NCBI RefSeq assembly: GCF_001194135.2 | Contig: NC_068981.1 | Span: 182,653,505-182,698,467 of the forward strand | Length of the DNA stretch: 44,963 bases | Origin: Octopus bimaculoides | Lineage: Eukaryota | Direction: 5' to 3' | Shown: in pieces, positions 11,855-23,998 of the stretch | Layout: every line of letters starts with the position of its first letter | Position numbering within the stretch: position 1 is the stretch's first letter | The notes under the pieces: model-generated | The model's database searches: none | Seen by the model: only the letters and a program-made list of their open reading frames with translations | What the model was told of the DNA's origin: nothing | Position numbers and translations under genes: made by a program

Positions 11855-12200
11855 TCTTTTGTTTTAGCCATGGTCAAACTAGAGCACTGCCTTGTAGAAT
11901 TTTTAGTCAAACAAATCAGCCACAACACTTTTTTTTTTTTTTAAACCTGGTATTTATTCTATCGGTCTCTTTAATGGAACCACTAAGTTACAGGGATGTA
12001 AACATACCGACACCAACTGTCAAGCAATGGTGTCACACACACACACACGATGGGCATCTTCATTTTCTATCTACCAAAATTCACTCACAAGGCTTTGTTC
12101 AGCCCAAGGCTATCATAAGGACACTTGCCCAAGGTACCATGCAGCAGGACTGAACCCAAAACCATGTGGTTGAGAAACAAACTTCTTACCACAGAGCCAC
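11855..12200 (-). mobile_element. SINE family B
   Basis: Reverse-complement head (ggactgaacccaaaaccatgtggttg) and tail. Confidence 0.8.
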
Positions 12201-13037
12201 TTTCTTATACAGGTAATTTCTTAAATATTGTTTTGACAAAGGAAGACAAATATTACAGGTGAACTGTCAAAAATATTAGACCAAAGCAACCAAAAATATC
12301 AACATATAAGCATCAGTGTGGCTTCCAATCACATGGTGGATGCTTTTTACGTGGCATCAGTATTGACAGGGTCACCAAGTAACGTGCAAGACAAAAACCC
12401 TTGGACAACGAATCAAATTTGATACAGACCCTGGCTGAGAACGACTGGCTTACACATACCCTGAGGAAAAAATCTGGAAAAGTTGCTTTCTAAATGAATG
12501 CTAACCTAGTACTGAATTCTCCTCATATATATATATATATATATATATTTAAAACAAGTTTGAAATCCACTGAAGTTGACTTCATCTCACAGAAATGAAA
12601 TCATCACCAATCAAATACTAGTTCAAATCAACCGACTATAAACCACCTCTAAAAATGCTTGGCCTAAACAATATAAAATGTTTAAACATAATAGTTGCCA
12701 AACAGTTTTTAATACTTTTCAGCTGCCATCACCAAGTCAAGACTTGTGAATACAGGCATTATTAAGTAAGCACAAAGCAGCTGCCATCTTCAGGTTTATA
12801 CACATATCCATGGACAATTAAAAAATCTAGTTGCCAAACTTAAAATCAAGTCTGTGGCTCAAGTTTTGAGTAAACAGTGAGACATGGTTTGGTTGTGCAT
12901 AAGATAGGAACAACTAAATACTTTTATATTTCAGTTACCTACCTACAATAAGCCACATAGTGAATATACTAGTACTGGAACATATAGCCATTGTAGACTG
13001 TTTGCCAACTGTATTTGGTGAGATATATGTTCTTGTG

Positions 13038-13206
13038 CAGTGCTCTGCGACCAGTATGCAGTGGCACACACTGGTGTGCCTCAGTGTAACCTGAATATAT
13101 ATTTTTTTCCCCCTATACTTTTAGTTATATTTTTTTCAAAATTTGGTGGCACACCTGAACTAAAAATATAAGTGTACTGCAAGTGAAAAAAAGTTGCAGA
13201 GCACTG
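13038..13206. mobile_element. hAT-like MITE
   Basis: TIRs CAGTGCTCTGCGAC / GTTGCAGAGCACTG; degenerate 8-bp TSD ttcttgtg/ctctagtg (6 of 8 match). Confidence 0.7.
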
Positions 13207-13214
13207 CTCTAGTG

Positions 13215-13505
13215 CAGCAGTTCTCAACCATTCTTTTTTCTATCTATGGACTCCTTTGATTACTATTTTATTCTGGGACCCCCATAACCACTTGATGGCT
13301 AAAAACTAGTTTATAGATTCTTCTTTCAAAATTCTTATTTTGTCTATCACACATTCTCTTATGTAGGCTGAACTATGCAAAATGTCAGAGAAAAAAAACC
13401 TAGATGGTTCTTGAAATAAATACATGTAAAGCAAAAATTTTTCATGAATCCTATTTTATTATTTTGCAAGTGTGGACCCCACAAAATCTTATATGGATCC
13501 AGAAG
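13215..13505. mobile_element. Second hAT-like MITE, partial
   Basis: Starts with cagcagttctcaacca (CAGTGGTTCTCAAC-type terminus); degenerate ggacccc end. Confidence 0.5.
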
Positions 13506-13755
13506 GGAGCTACTACTCTGACATTACAGACAAATGCCAAAGGATCTCTATATAGAAAGCAGATATGTTTAACATGTAATCATGCACATCTAAAAATGTG
13601 CACCAAAAGCATCTAAAAGTATGGCCATATTACTGATAGTAATGAATGACAAATTACAATTTGGAGTGACAATCTGTCAAGGTAGATGCCAAACTAAAAA
13701 GCAACAGACAGTTAGTTGCAAGACTTCCTTGTTGCATATGACAAAAACAAATCAT

Positions 13756-14093
13756 AACAAGGGCACTGAGAGAGTGCAAACCTCTGCCAAGGTAACACCA
13801 ACGTCCTCTCAACAATTAGCCGGAGATGATTTTTTAAAATGAAAACATCTGAAATAAACTCGACTGCTCTTACAAACAAGAATACTAAAAATGAACCCGA
13901 CCACTCTCAAAAATAAAGGAAAAAAATCTGGAAAAATAATTCAAAATCCTTGTCCGGTACCAGATTGATCCCAAAATCTTATCAGTTTGTGCCAGTCATG
14001 AAGCCAAACATCCCTGAAAGTTTCATCCAAATCCATGGACGAACATACAAACATGACTGAAAACAACACCTCTGCCTTCGCTGAGGCAGTGTG
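13756..14093 (+). mobile_element. Helitron/Helentron-like non-autonomous element (DINE/HINE type)
   Basis: Subterminal motif aacctctgccaagg near the 5' end and 3' hairpin ctgcct-tcgctg-aggcag. The classification is inferred from architecture only. Confidence 0.45.
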
Positions 14094-14339
14094 TGTAGTC
14101 AATAGAACTGATACCAGTACTTGACTGGTAATTATAGACTGATCTGAGAAGGGTTGAAAGACACAACTGATCTCAGCATTATTTTTCATCTTTTGCATGT
14201 TTCAGTCATTGGATTGTGGCCATGCTGGGGCACTGGACCTTAGTACTTATTTTTTTAAAAACCTTGCACTTTAGAAACAAAGAATTTAATTATTCAAATA
14301 CTGGAAAGTAATCAAAACTGTCAAAGCCTGAAATAATTG

Positions 14340-14545
14340 TTTCTAACATAGGCAAAGGGCTTGAAATTTAGTAGGGTCAGCCAGTTAAACTGGCCCCAAT
14401 ACTGACTAGTGCTTTATTTTACTGAACCCAAAATAATGAAAGGCAGAGCTGACCCAAGTGAAACTTGAACTCAGATTGTAAAGAGCTGAAACAAATGCTG
14501 CACTTTTTCCTGATGCTCTGACAGTTCTGCTAATCCATTACCCTT
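14340..14545 (-). mobile_element. SINE family C
   Basis: aatgaaaggcagagctgacc...ttgaactcaga (reverse-complement core). Confidence 0.7.
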
Positions 14546-14984
14546 ACAGAGTGTAAAATAATATAATACTTTCAGACTAAATGTTATCCTTCGTCCATTA
14601 ATACTGTTCTCTCCACCCACAAGTTTTATTGATCACCTACGCCCACTGAGCCACCAAATAATCTCTCCTCTCCCATCACCATACATCTCACCTTCATACA
14701 CTACACCTGCCTCTCTCTCTTCCTCAGCTACTCCTGCAACTGACCCAACACCATGTTGTCTCTCTTTCGTCCTTCACCTATCTACTGTATCATGTAACTT
14801 TTCTGCTACTCTGCATTATCGGACATCTGATCCTTCTGCCCCACCCATTCCTTGTACCATGACTACTATTTTTGTTGCATTCCAGCTCCAACAAAACTCC
14901 CATCCTCTCTTCTAAAAACGTGTGTGGTCATGCAGCTCCTCTACAGCAAGAAATTTGAAATGCTTTGGCCCCTCCTGTCATACT

Positions 14985-15209
14985 TTAACCCTTTAGCATT
15001 TAAGCCAGGCATATCCAGCCCAAATATTTTACCTGTTTTATGTTCAAAATGGCCAGATCTGGCCTCTCACATCTACCCTACAATGTCATTTTACAAACAA
15101 GCAATCATGTAGAAATCTCAAAGCTACAAGATAATGCATGATTAATTTAAAACACTGTGAATAAATAAGCATCACAATTGACAAAGTGGTCTGAATGCTA
15201 AAAGGTGAA
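14985..15209. mobile_element. piggyBac-like MITE (family D)
   Basis: TTAA|CCCTTTAGCATT...ctgaatgctaaaagg. Confidence 0.8.
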
Positions 15210-15249
15210 GCCCTTAAGCTGCATGGCAAACTTGTGATACAAAGAAAAA

Positions 15250-15420
15250 AAAGCACCCAATACTTGTAAAGTGGTTGGCATTAGGAAGGGCAACCAGCTA
15301 TAGATACAAAGCAAACATAGACACTGATGCATGATGCAGTCCTTGGGGCCACTGAACCCTGTCAAACTATCCAGCCCCAAGCAGTATGGAACATAGATGA
15401 TAAATGATGATGATGAACAT
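15250..15420 (+). mobile_element. RTE-type 3' tail fragment
   Basis: gtggttggcattaggaagggc...gatgatgatga. Confidence 0.65.
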
Positions 15421-15720
15421 TCAACACAATGTTTTAATCAATTCATTCTCATTAATATTATGTGTGTAATATAACCATAAACCTTAATGCTGGAAAATCA
15501 GAACCTTTATTTCAAGCAGTGTTTTGGTGTATTTAACCACTAAATTTCAATAGTAACAAGGGAGCTTTTAAGTGGATTGGTCTAATTTTGAGGCAGTATT
15601 TTGCAACCAGATCCCCTTCCTGTAATCAACTCTTTTAATCATCTTTTATGACACACAAATAAAGTGCAACTATCGTAAAATTGTAAAAACCAAGATATAG
15701 TGTATATCATTACGATGGCA

Positions 15721-15721
<1 letters not shown>

Positions 15722-15777
<56 letters not shown>

Positions 15778-15944
15778 TATAAATATATAATTTTAGAGAA
15801 AAGAACCAAAGTTCATAAACTCATCCATGAAAATCCAGTCACATACAGAAAAAATTAATAAGTAAATGCACGATAAAGAAGCATAATAAATATACAAAGT
15901 AAATATCATAAAATAATAATAATAATAATAATGATAATATTATC

Positions 15945-15991
<47 letters not shown>
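15722..15991. repeat. Compound microsatellite tract (TA)n(CA)n...(AAT)n...(TA)n
   Basis: Direct reading. Confidence 0.9.
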
Positions 15992-15994
<3 letters not shown>

Positions 15995-16029
15995 AGTGAA
16001 TGACATCATATTGCCTCAATGTCTACATT

Positions 16030-16330
16030 TCTGGTCAGATGGATCAGAGTTTTCTACAGTTGGATGCCCTTCTTGTTACCAATCTCCACCTGTTTCAAAG
16101 CAAAGTATAATTTCACCATGGCCTGATAAGCTTTTGCAGAATGGTGGAAATGAATGACACTGCTTGTATGACAGTGACACCTGTCTTAGAACTAACATGC
16201 AATGTCAAGGGATTACACACACACACACACACGCACAATGAGCTTCTTTTAATTCCCATCTTACCAAATGCACTCACAAGGTTTGGTTAGCCTGCAGCTA
16301 CAGAAGGCACTTGCTCAAGGTGCCACACAG
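16030..16330 (-). mobile_element. SINE with family B head, (CA)n and alternative RTE-like tail
   Basis: Head remnant cactcacaaggtttgg...cacttgctcaaggtgcc at 16270-16330; tail ttggatgcccttc at 16060. Confidence 0.65.
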
Positions 16331-16859
16331 CCTTGTGGCAATATTCATACATATACATCACCCTACCATCTTAAAAATAGAAAGAACTTTGAAGGATATA
16401 GTCTTGGATACCGCAGAAAAGCAAGAGGGTCATGGTTGGAAAACCTCTGAGAGCATGTCAGCTTAGTCAGGGATGACTAGGGAATGAATAACAACAACAA
16501 CAACCACAAATCTCTACTATAAACGGAGAATGAACTAATTAAAGCATGGCATAGAACTAACATGCTCAAGAGAATAAATTAATAGTCTGGAAATTTAAAA
16601 TTATTTTAGTAATAACCCATCTACAGAAAAGAAGGAAAAAAAAGCCAATAATCAGATATCTAGTCTAGAAAGCTTTCCATTAATTAAATTTGAATTTCAG
16701 AAAAAATAAATAAATAAATAAATCGCTAAAAGTAAAACCTATAAGCCTTATAATCCATGAACTCCTGGTATCCTTATCTATAGATGATCTTTTTTAACAT
16801 GCAAAAGTACCTTTAACGTGCATTTCTGAATGGGCCCAACTGATTAATCTCTTTACTTG

Positions 16860-17428
16860 CTGAAATACACTGTCTTTGTTTCAATTCGTTTTGAAATGAT
16901 GAAGAATTTAATAAAATAACTTTATTATTTAACTGATATCTACAATATTATTACAATTATATTATTAATATCTACAAGATTATTTAACTGATATCTACAA
17001 TATAAGTTAAGTTTTGATAGATCATCATCATCGTTTAACGTCTGCCCTCCATGCTAGCATGGGTTGGACAATTTGACTGAGGACTGGTGAACCAGATGGC
17101 TACACCAGGCTCCAATCTGATTTGGTAGAGTTTCTACAGCTGGATGCCCTTCCTAACGCCAACCACTCCGAGAGTGTAGTGGGTGCTTTTACGTGCCACC
17201 GGCACGAAGGCCAGTCAGGCGGTACTGGCAACGGCCATGCTCAAAATGGTGTATTTTACGTGCCACCAGCACAGGAGCCAGTCCAGCAGCACTGGCAACA
17301 AACTCGCTTGAATGTCTTTTCATGTACCAGGAAGGCGACGTGGTTTTAATTTAGATCACTTAAAAACAAATGAGTTTGTATTATAGAACCAGGGGCAGGC
17401 TCGGGTAGGTTGGTATCAAAAGGGTTAT
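16860..17428. mobile_element. piggyBac-like MITE (second family) interrupted by an RTE tail
   Basis: Homologous to 10803-11032; ends with ggtatcaaaagggtta; insert at 17023-17335. Confidence 0.65.
17023..17335 (-). mobile_element. Well-preserved RTE-type 3' tail element
   Basis: catcatcatcgtttaacgtc...cagctggatgcccttcctaacgccaaccactccgagagtgtagtggg; near-identical to 23400-23650. Confidence 0.85.
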
Positions 17429-17789
17429 ATAGTGCAACAACCAAAGCAACCTAATAAATAAAATGTCTGGAATATGAAAATTTATACTATCTTGTGCAAA
17501 AACATCAAGTTTCCTATTTACTCTCCCTTAAAATACAGGAGTTTTGAATATAATTAGAAACAAATTGATATTTTGTTTGAAAATTCTATAGATAAATAGG
17601 CACAGATCTGGTTGTGTGGTTAAGAAGCTTGCTTTACAACCATGTGGTTTGGGGTTCAGTCCCCTGTGCAGCACCTTGGGCAAGTGTCTTCTACTATAGC
17701 TCCACACCAGTCAATGAGGATACGAATGAATTTGATAGACAAAACTGTGTAGGAAGCCAGTCACATGCGTGTGTGTGTGTGTGTGTGTC

Positions 17790-18677
17790 TTGGGTTGAGG
17801 AATAATCCATGAATGTTTTTCTCAAATTTAAAAATGCACACAGAAATAAAATGCAATGGCAAAATATTTTATGCTATTTAAAAGAGAATGTTTTGCTCTA
17901 CAAGATAGTGTTTTCATTTTTTAATTCTATTATTTTTGTATATTTTCAGATCATTAAAATGGAATGTCAAGTGGACAAAACTGAACATTTTCAACACCAT
18001 TTGCTTTTTGCATTTAATTGAAGTGTTAAGGCTGCCAAAGCTGCTCTTGAGATTTATGCTGCTGTGTATGGACATGGAGCAATGCTTCAAAGTAGTGCTT
18101 GCCATTGGTTTTTGCACTTCAAAAATGGGAATTTTGACCTCAAAGATGGATCACACACCGGTCGACCAACTGAGAGAAGGTGGTTCACCAGTTTTTTTTT
18201 TTATCACAATGCATCTGCTCCACCAATTCTATGGTTGTTTGACATAGATTTTCATGAAGAAGTTGATTCAATCACTCATCTAACTCAATTGATCAATCTG
18301 TGTGTAATCTGTCCTTCAGGTCAAAATTTCCACTTTTGAAGCACAAGAACCAATGGCAAGGTAGTACTTTAGGCATTGCTCCTTCTCTATACACAGTACA
18401 AATCTCACAAGCAGCTTCAGTGGCCTTAATACCTGAATTTAATGCAAAAAGCAAATGGTGTCAAAAATGCTCAGTTTCGTCCACCTGACATTCCATTTTA
18501 ATGATCTGAAAATGCACAAAAATCAATAAAATTAAATAGATCAAAACACACTACCTTGTAGAGCAAAACATTCTCTTTCAAATAACATAAAACATTTTGC
18601 CAATGTGTTTTATTTGTGTGAATTTTTAAATTTGGAAAAGAAAAAAAAAAAAGCTCATGAATTATTCTTCAACCCAA
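17790..18677. mobile_element. Non-autonomous mariner derivative with two inverted 5' ends
   Basis: TIR TTGGGTTGAGGAATAATCCATGA / TCATGAATTATTCTTCAACCCAA+TA. Decayed Mos1-like HTH (MECQVDKTEHFQHHLLFAFN...VYGHGAMLQSSACHWFLHFKNGNFDLKDGSHTGRP). 18410-18677 is an inverted copy of 17790-18045. Confidence 0.85.
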
Positions 18678-18688
18678 TATATCTATAT

Positions 18689-18930
18689 ATAAAAATTATA
18701 ATTTTGGGTATCTAAGAGATACCACCATGCTTGAAATGACAGTCAAACTTTGACTCCAAAACCACATTAAATGTTCATACAGCACCAGGAAAAAAGACAA
18801 AGAGACAAAATAAACTAGCAAAAAATTACTGGAATTATCCAGTAATTTTTTGCTAGCTTATTTTGTCAAAGTTTGACTGCTATTTCAAGCATGGTGATAT
18901 CTCTTAGATACCCTAAATTATAATTTTTAT
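18689..18930. repeat. Near-perfect long inverted repeat (foldback)
   Basis: Arms 18689-18755 plus 18804-18833 pair with 18838-18930; 4-nt loop ATTA. Confidence 0.9.
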
Positions 18931-19986
18931 AATAATTATTACCTCTGAGGTTTTTATTCCCATGCTGGCTACCTGATAAGATCGGTATTTTTAAATAACG
19001 ATCTTATCCTTATTTATATATATACACACACACACACATAGATATGTGTGATTGTTTGTTGTCACCCCCACACAGCTTGACAACAGTGTAGACTTGTTCA
19101 TGTCTCAGTAACTTAGTTCAGCAAAAGAGACCGATAAAATAAGTACCAGACTTAAAAACAAAAAAAATCTTAAGTACTGAGATCGATTTGTTCAACTAGA
19201 ACTCTTTACCACAGTGCCCCGCCATGGCTGCAGTCCAATGATTGAAACAAGTAAAAGATAAAAGATGTACTAAAGCTACAAGGGGAAGTTAGATAACACT
19301 TAAATCCATTTATAGTGTCTGGAAGATGGGGAAACAACATACAATAATCCAATTCTTGAAGCTGTAGTATGATGTGAGAATGTATTGTCAAAACAATATG
19401 ATGTGAGCATGTATGGTTAAAAGGGTATCAGAACAAAATCCCATGGGACAAATTTTAAACAAAAATTTCAACTAATAAATATTAAAAATTTCTTTTCATA
19501 AAATTTCACTTTCCTAGGGGATATTGACTGGTGGGGATTGTCCTGGTACCAGTTAAAACATGACACTGTAGAAACTATAAATGGTTTCTTGTTAACTTGT
19601 GGGAAACTAAGATTTAGCTAAACAACCTCATTAAAATTAATTACATCTGTTAGATTATTAGTTGTTTTAACCATCACAGTGAAGGCTATACTGGAGTATG
19701 GGTTTCAAAAGCAAGATATTGTGGTCATGGGAAAAAGAATACTGGACATTTCACTACTCTTACTGTATTTCATTAGCATACCAAGCCAAATGCTTAGTGG
19801 CAATTTGTCCCATCTTAACGTTCTGCCAAAGTCAACTTTGCCTTTCATCTTTTCAAGGTCAATAAAATAAACACCAGTTGAGTACTGGGGGTCAATGTGA
19901 TTGATTAACTGGCACCCTACCCCCAATTTCAGGTCTTGTGCCTATAGTAAAAAGGATTATTACTACTACTACTACTACTACTACTG

Positions 19987-20326
19987 TGAAGGTGCATGGC
20001 TCAGTGGTTAGAGTAGAGCGTCGAGCTTACGATAGTGAAGTTGTGAGTTTGAATCCCGGACCGGGCTGCGTGTTGTGTTCTTGAGCAAGACACTTTATTT
20101 CACGTTGCTACAGTTCATTCAGCTGTAGAAATGAGTTGCGACGGCACAGGTGCCAAGCTGTATCGGCCTTTGCCTTTCCCTTGGATAACATCAGTGGTGT
20201 GGAGAGGGGAGGCTGGTATGCATGGGCGACTGCTGGTCTTCCATAAACAACCTTGCCCGGACTTGTGCCTGGGAGGGCAACTTTCTAGGTGCAAACCCAT
20301 GGTCAGTGATGACCGAAGGGGGTCTC
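19987..20326 (+). mobile_element. Full-length tRNA-derived SINE family F
   Basis: A box tggctcagtggttagag, B box gagtttgaatccc, central ttcttgagcaagacactttatttcac domain; flanked by (act)n. Confidence 0.85.
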
Positions 20327-20689
20327 AGAGACTACTACTAAGGCAGTGAGCTGGCAGTCATTAGCATGCCGGCCAAAATGCTTAGCGGCATTTTGTTTTG
20401 AGTTCAAATTCCACCGAGGTTGATTTTGCCTTTCATCCTTTCAGGGTCAATAAATTAAGTACCAGTTGCGCACTGGGGTCGATGTAATCGACTTAACCCT
20501 TCCTCCCAAATTTCAGGCCTTGTGCCTATAGTAGAAAGGATTGATTATTATTATTAAGATGGCAAACTGGTAGAATTGTTAGTACATCAGACAAATACTT
20601 AGCAGCATTTCGAGTTCAAATCTCACCTAGGTTGACTGCCTTTCATCCTTTCAGAGACAATAAAATAAGTACCAGTCAAGTACTGGGGG

Positions 20690-20732
20690 NNNNNNNNNNN
20701 NNNNNNNNNNNNNNNNNNNNNNNNNNNNNNNN
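20690..20732. other. Assembly gap flanked by poly-G
   Basis: Run of N. Confidence 1.
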
Positions 20733-21249
20733 GGGGGGGGGGGGTCGATATAATGGACTAGCCCTTCCCCACAAAATTTCAGGCCTTATGTCTATAGTAG
20801 AAAGGACTATTATTATTATTATTATTAAGATGGTGAGCTGGCAGAATCATCAGCATGCCAGGCAAAATGCTTTGTGGCATTCCATCCGTCCTTCCAGCTT
20901 CAGTTCAAATTCTGCACACGTTGACTTTGCCTTTCATCCTTTCAGGGTTGATAAAATAAGTACCAGTTGAGTACTGGGGTCGATGTAATCGACTATCCCC
21001 TCCCCCAAAATATTAAGCCTTGTACTTATAGAAGAAAGAATTATTATTATTTTAAGGGTATTTTATCCAATGCCCTAATCCTGCTAATAATCCTGCTAAC
21101 CTACTGTTACTAGTAGGAAGACTACATAGAATAACAGGTTACGTTAGTCCCAGCAAATTACCTAGTCACACACTAGGAATACTTTTGTAAAATCGCTGTC
21201 TAGATGCATCAAGCTAAGTGAAATCGCTGTCTTCCACATATATAAGCTT

Positions 21250-21412
21250 GTCCTTTCTGGTGCTGGTGCCGCATAAACAAACCTGTGCCGGTGGCACATA
21301 GAAAGCACCCAGCACAATCTACGTGGTTGGCATTAGGAAGGGCATCCAGCTGTAAAAACCATGCCACATGGCAGCATGGAAAGCAGACATTAACCAATGA
21401 TGATGATGATGA
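21250..21412 (+). mobile_element. RTE-type 3' tail fragment
   Basis: gtggttggcattaggaagggcatccagctgtaaaaac...gatgatgatga. Confidence 0.75.
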
Positions 21413-21674
21413 GACTTATTAATAATAAAATTAGGTGTAAATTTAAGAGTGTCTATTAATCTATATGTATAAAATAAATATATAAGATGTTGAAATGGCT
21501 TCATGTAACTTAATTCAGCATAATTTTAGATTACATATTTAATTACTCACATATTAACAGTATCCCTAAAATTTATTCAAGAAATAGAACACAAGCAATA
21601 ATGAAAAGTAGTTAAATTGCTAATCTCCACTTTAAACCCTAACTGAATAATACAGTTCAAACTACCTTGAACTA

Positions 21675-22238
21675 TGAGGGGGTGCTGAAAAGTACTTGGC
21701 TTTGGGTAAAAGAAAATACAGGCTTGCTTACGAACCACATAGCTCCGGGTTCAGTCCCACTGCATGGCACCTTGGGCAAGTGTCTTCTACTATAGCCTCG
21801 GGCCGACCAAAGCCTTGTGAGTGGATTTGGTAGACAGAAAATGAAAGAAGCCCATCGTATATATGTATATATGTGTGTGTGTGTGTATATGTTTGTGTGT
21901 CTGTGTTTGTCCCCCCACCAACATCGCTTGACAACCGATGCTGGTGTGTTTACATCCCAGTAACTTAGCGGTTCGGCAAAACAGCCCGATAGAATAAGTA
22001 CTAGGCTTACAAAGAATAAGTCCTGGGGTCAATTTGCTCCACTAAAGGCGGTGCTCCAGCATGGCCACAGTCAAATGACTTAACAAGTAAAAGAGTAACA
22101 GATTCTCCTCTCAGATTCACACATTTATTGCAGCAGTCCTTCAGTTTTTCTAAGTCTCGTAAAAGAACTTGAACAGTTGGGCACCAAATCAGGCCTTTCA
22201 CGATACCCTTAAAGCCAGGAACTTTTCAGCACCCCTCA
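21675..22238. mobile_element. Mariner-like MITE containing a nested SINE B
   Basis: TIRs TA|TGAGGGGGTGCTGAAAAGTACTTGGCTTT and AAAGCCAGGAACTTTTCAGCACCCCTCA. Confidence 0.8.
21721..22096 (+). mobile_element. SINE family B, near full length
   Basis: gggttcagtcccactg...gggcaagtgtcttctactatagcctcgggccgaccaaagcc...(TG)n...cagcatggccacagtcaaatgact. Confidence 0.9.
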
Positions 22239-22522
22239 CTTCAATTTCATATATACTTGTAAGCTGAAAGACGCTTTCCCACAAATTGCACACTTTCACC
22301 AGAATAACCATTCAACCTTCAATGTTTCCAAATAAATAGAATGTAAACAGGTCCGTATTATCAACCATAGGAAGAGACAATGCAGAGGAAACCATATTAC
22401 AATGTTAAATCTGCTAAATCCAATGTCAGTGTCCCCTGAATTCCAGCAACCTGAGACAAAAGGTTGTATTTGAACAAAATTACTCAAGGCAAAATTTAGG
22501 GCTGGTGTATAAGAATACTTAC

Positions 22523-22569
22523 TGAAACAATATTTCTGGCACGTAAATAACGATAGATTTGGGTTGGTT
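22523..22569 (-). CDS. SUZ12: SUZ12 coding exon 2 (47 nt): (K)PTQIYRYLRARNIVS
   Basis: ttttgcag|AACCAACCCAAATCTATCGTTATTTACGTGCCAGAAATATTGTTTCA|gtaagt. Matches the conserved KPTQIYR(F/Y)LR motif and joins exon 1 in frame. Confidence 0.96.
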
Positions 22570-22846
22570 CTGCAAAAATAAAAGCAAAGTTTTACGATAA
22601 GAAAATAAAAAGGCTAAACAAGATATAATAGCAACAAATTAAAATAGTCATGGCAACAGAATGCAATTTGTACATTATCAGTTTAATCCAAAATGACCTT
22701 AAAAATTTTCCTCAATCCATCTTGTAGAGGCAGTTGTGCAGTTTATTTTCACTATATTCCCATAAATATATCTTTCCTCTTTTGCAAACAATATCTTTCA
22801 TGTCTTTTAATGCAGTAAATTCATCTCAGTAAATCAAAAAGAACTA

Positions 22847-22936
22847 TTGGATTGGTGCATAATTAACGACTATTTTTCATTCTAAAACTGTTGTAAATTA
22901 AATTATAAAACGGTCATTAATTATGCACCAACCCAA
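22847..22936. mobile_element. 90-bp mariner MITE (MADE1-like architecture)
   Basis: TA|TTGGATTGGTGCATAATTAACGAC...GTCATTAATTATGCACCAACCCAA|TA. Confidence 0.85.
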
Positions 22937-22999
22937 TACATCCATTTGTTCCTAACTACTGCAGGTCTTATTTGTTACAAACCATTTGTCACTGAAGGA

Positions 23000-23250
23000 A
23001 ATGCTCGTGGCCTTGGTGATTAGGGTTTGTACTCATGATCGCAAGATTGTAGTTTCAATTCCCAAACCAGATGGTGCACTATGTTCTTGAGTAAAACACT
23101 TCATTTCACAATGCCCCAGTCCACTCAGCTGTAAATAAGTTACCCTACCATGGACTGGTATCCTGTCCAGAGGAATGTTATGATCTTAGTCACTGACACA
23201 CCATGGAAACTAGAAACTGGCCCTAAGAACCCTAGGACTGAAGACAATAA
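23000..23250 (+). mobile_element. Degenerate tRNA-derived SINE (family F type)
   Basis: gtttcaattccc B box; ttcttgagtaaaacacttcatttcac. Confidence 0.7.
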
Positions 23251-23399
23251 TGGCCAGAGGTCAAAGTTGATGACCTGTCAATGGTAGAATTGATAGAGTA
23301 GCAAATAAAATGACATGTGGTTCCATAGTTACAACCTGCTGAGTTCCACTTTGTCCTTCAACCTTTCAGGATCAATAAAACAACTACCAATCATATACT

Positions 23400-23650
23400 T
23401 CATCATCATCGTTTAACGTCCGTTTCCCCATGCTGGCATGGGTTGGACGGTTTGACTGAGGTCTGGAAAGCCAGCGGCTACACCAGGCTCCAATCTGATC
23501 TGGCAAGGTTTCTACAGCTGGATGCCCTTCCTAACGCCAACCACTCCGAGAGTGTAGTGGGTGCTTTTTACATGCCACTGGTACAGGAGCCAGTCAGGTA
23601 GGCCTGGCATCGAACACGTTCGGATAGTGCTTTTTACGTGCAACCGACAC
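23400..23650 (-). mobile_element. RTE-type 3' tail element
   Basis: catcatcatcgtttaacgtccg...ggatgcccttcctaacgccaaccactccgagagtg. Confidence 0.85.
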
Positions 23651-23998
23651 TTGGTTCGATTTAATTGATTACACACAACACCCACCTACATATGCAGCCT
23701 TGTGTCTTTGTTATGAATCTATATTTACACAGAAATTCCAACAAACCACTATTCAGAAGCAACAGTACAGCATGATCCAGTACTATAATTTGCTTTAATC
23801 TAGTTCTTAATTACATCTTTAAAATGTACTAGATAAGCAACATATAACAATTAATAATAGGTAACGCACAGCCTATTATTTTAATGAAGTTGCAAAATCC
23901 ATGGTTGGCAAAAAATATTGTGTGGTATTTTTTTCAGCATTATTTTAGTTTTGGACAAGGTTCTGCAGTCAAACCTTGATACACTGACTTTGTTTACA

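Larger units (their letters stand above)
17605..19265 (+). mobile_element. SINE family B split by mariner and foldback insertions
   Basis: Head at 17605-17760, internal (TG)n, tail resumes at 19040-19265. Confidence 0.7.
19765..21050 (+). mobile_element. Cluster of four same-orientation SINE C copies plus one family F SINE
   Basis: SINE C at about 19765-19968, 20340-20548, 20558-20815 (spans a gap) and 20828-21050, each ending in (att)n or (act)n. Confidence 0.8.

Noticed and set aside
21490-21530. Minus-strand LSYMK resembling SUZ12 exon 3
   Set aside because: Lacks PIFLHR and splice sites; the true exon 3 is at 2461-2525.
22256-22451. Exon-like segment after tttgtctcag containing VILVKVC (similar to SUZ12 VLLVKVC)
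   Set aside because: All three frames contain stops, and it lies between exons 2 and 3, the wrong position for that motif.
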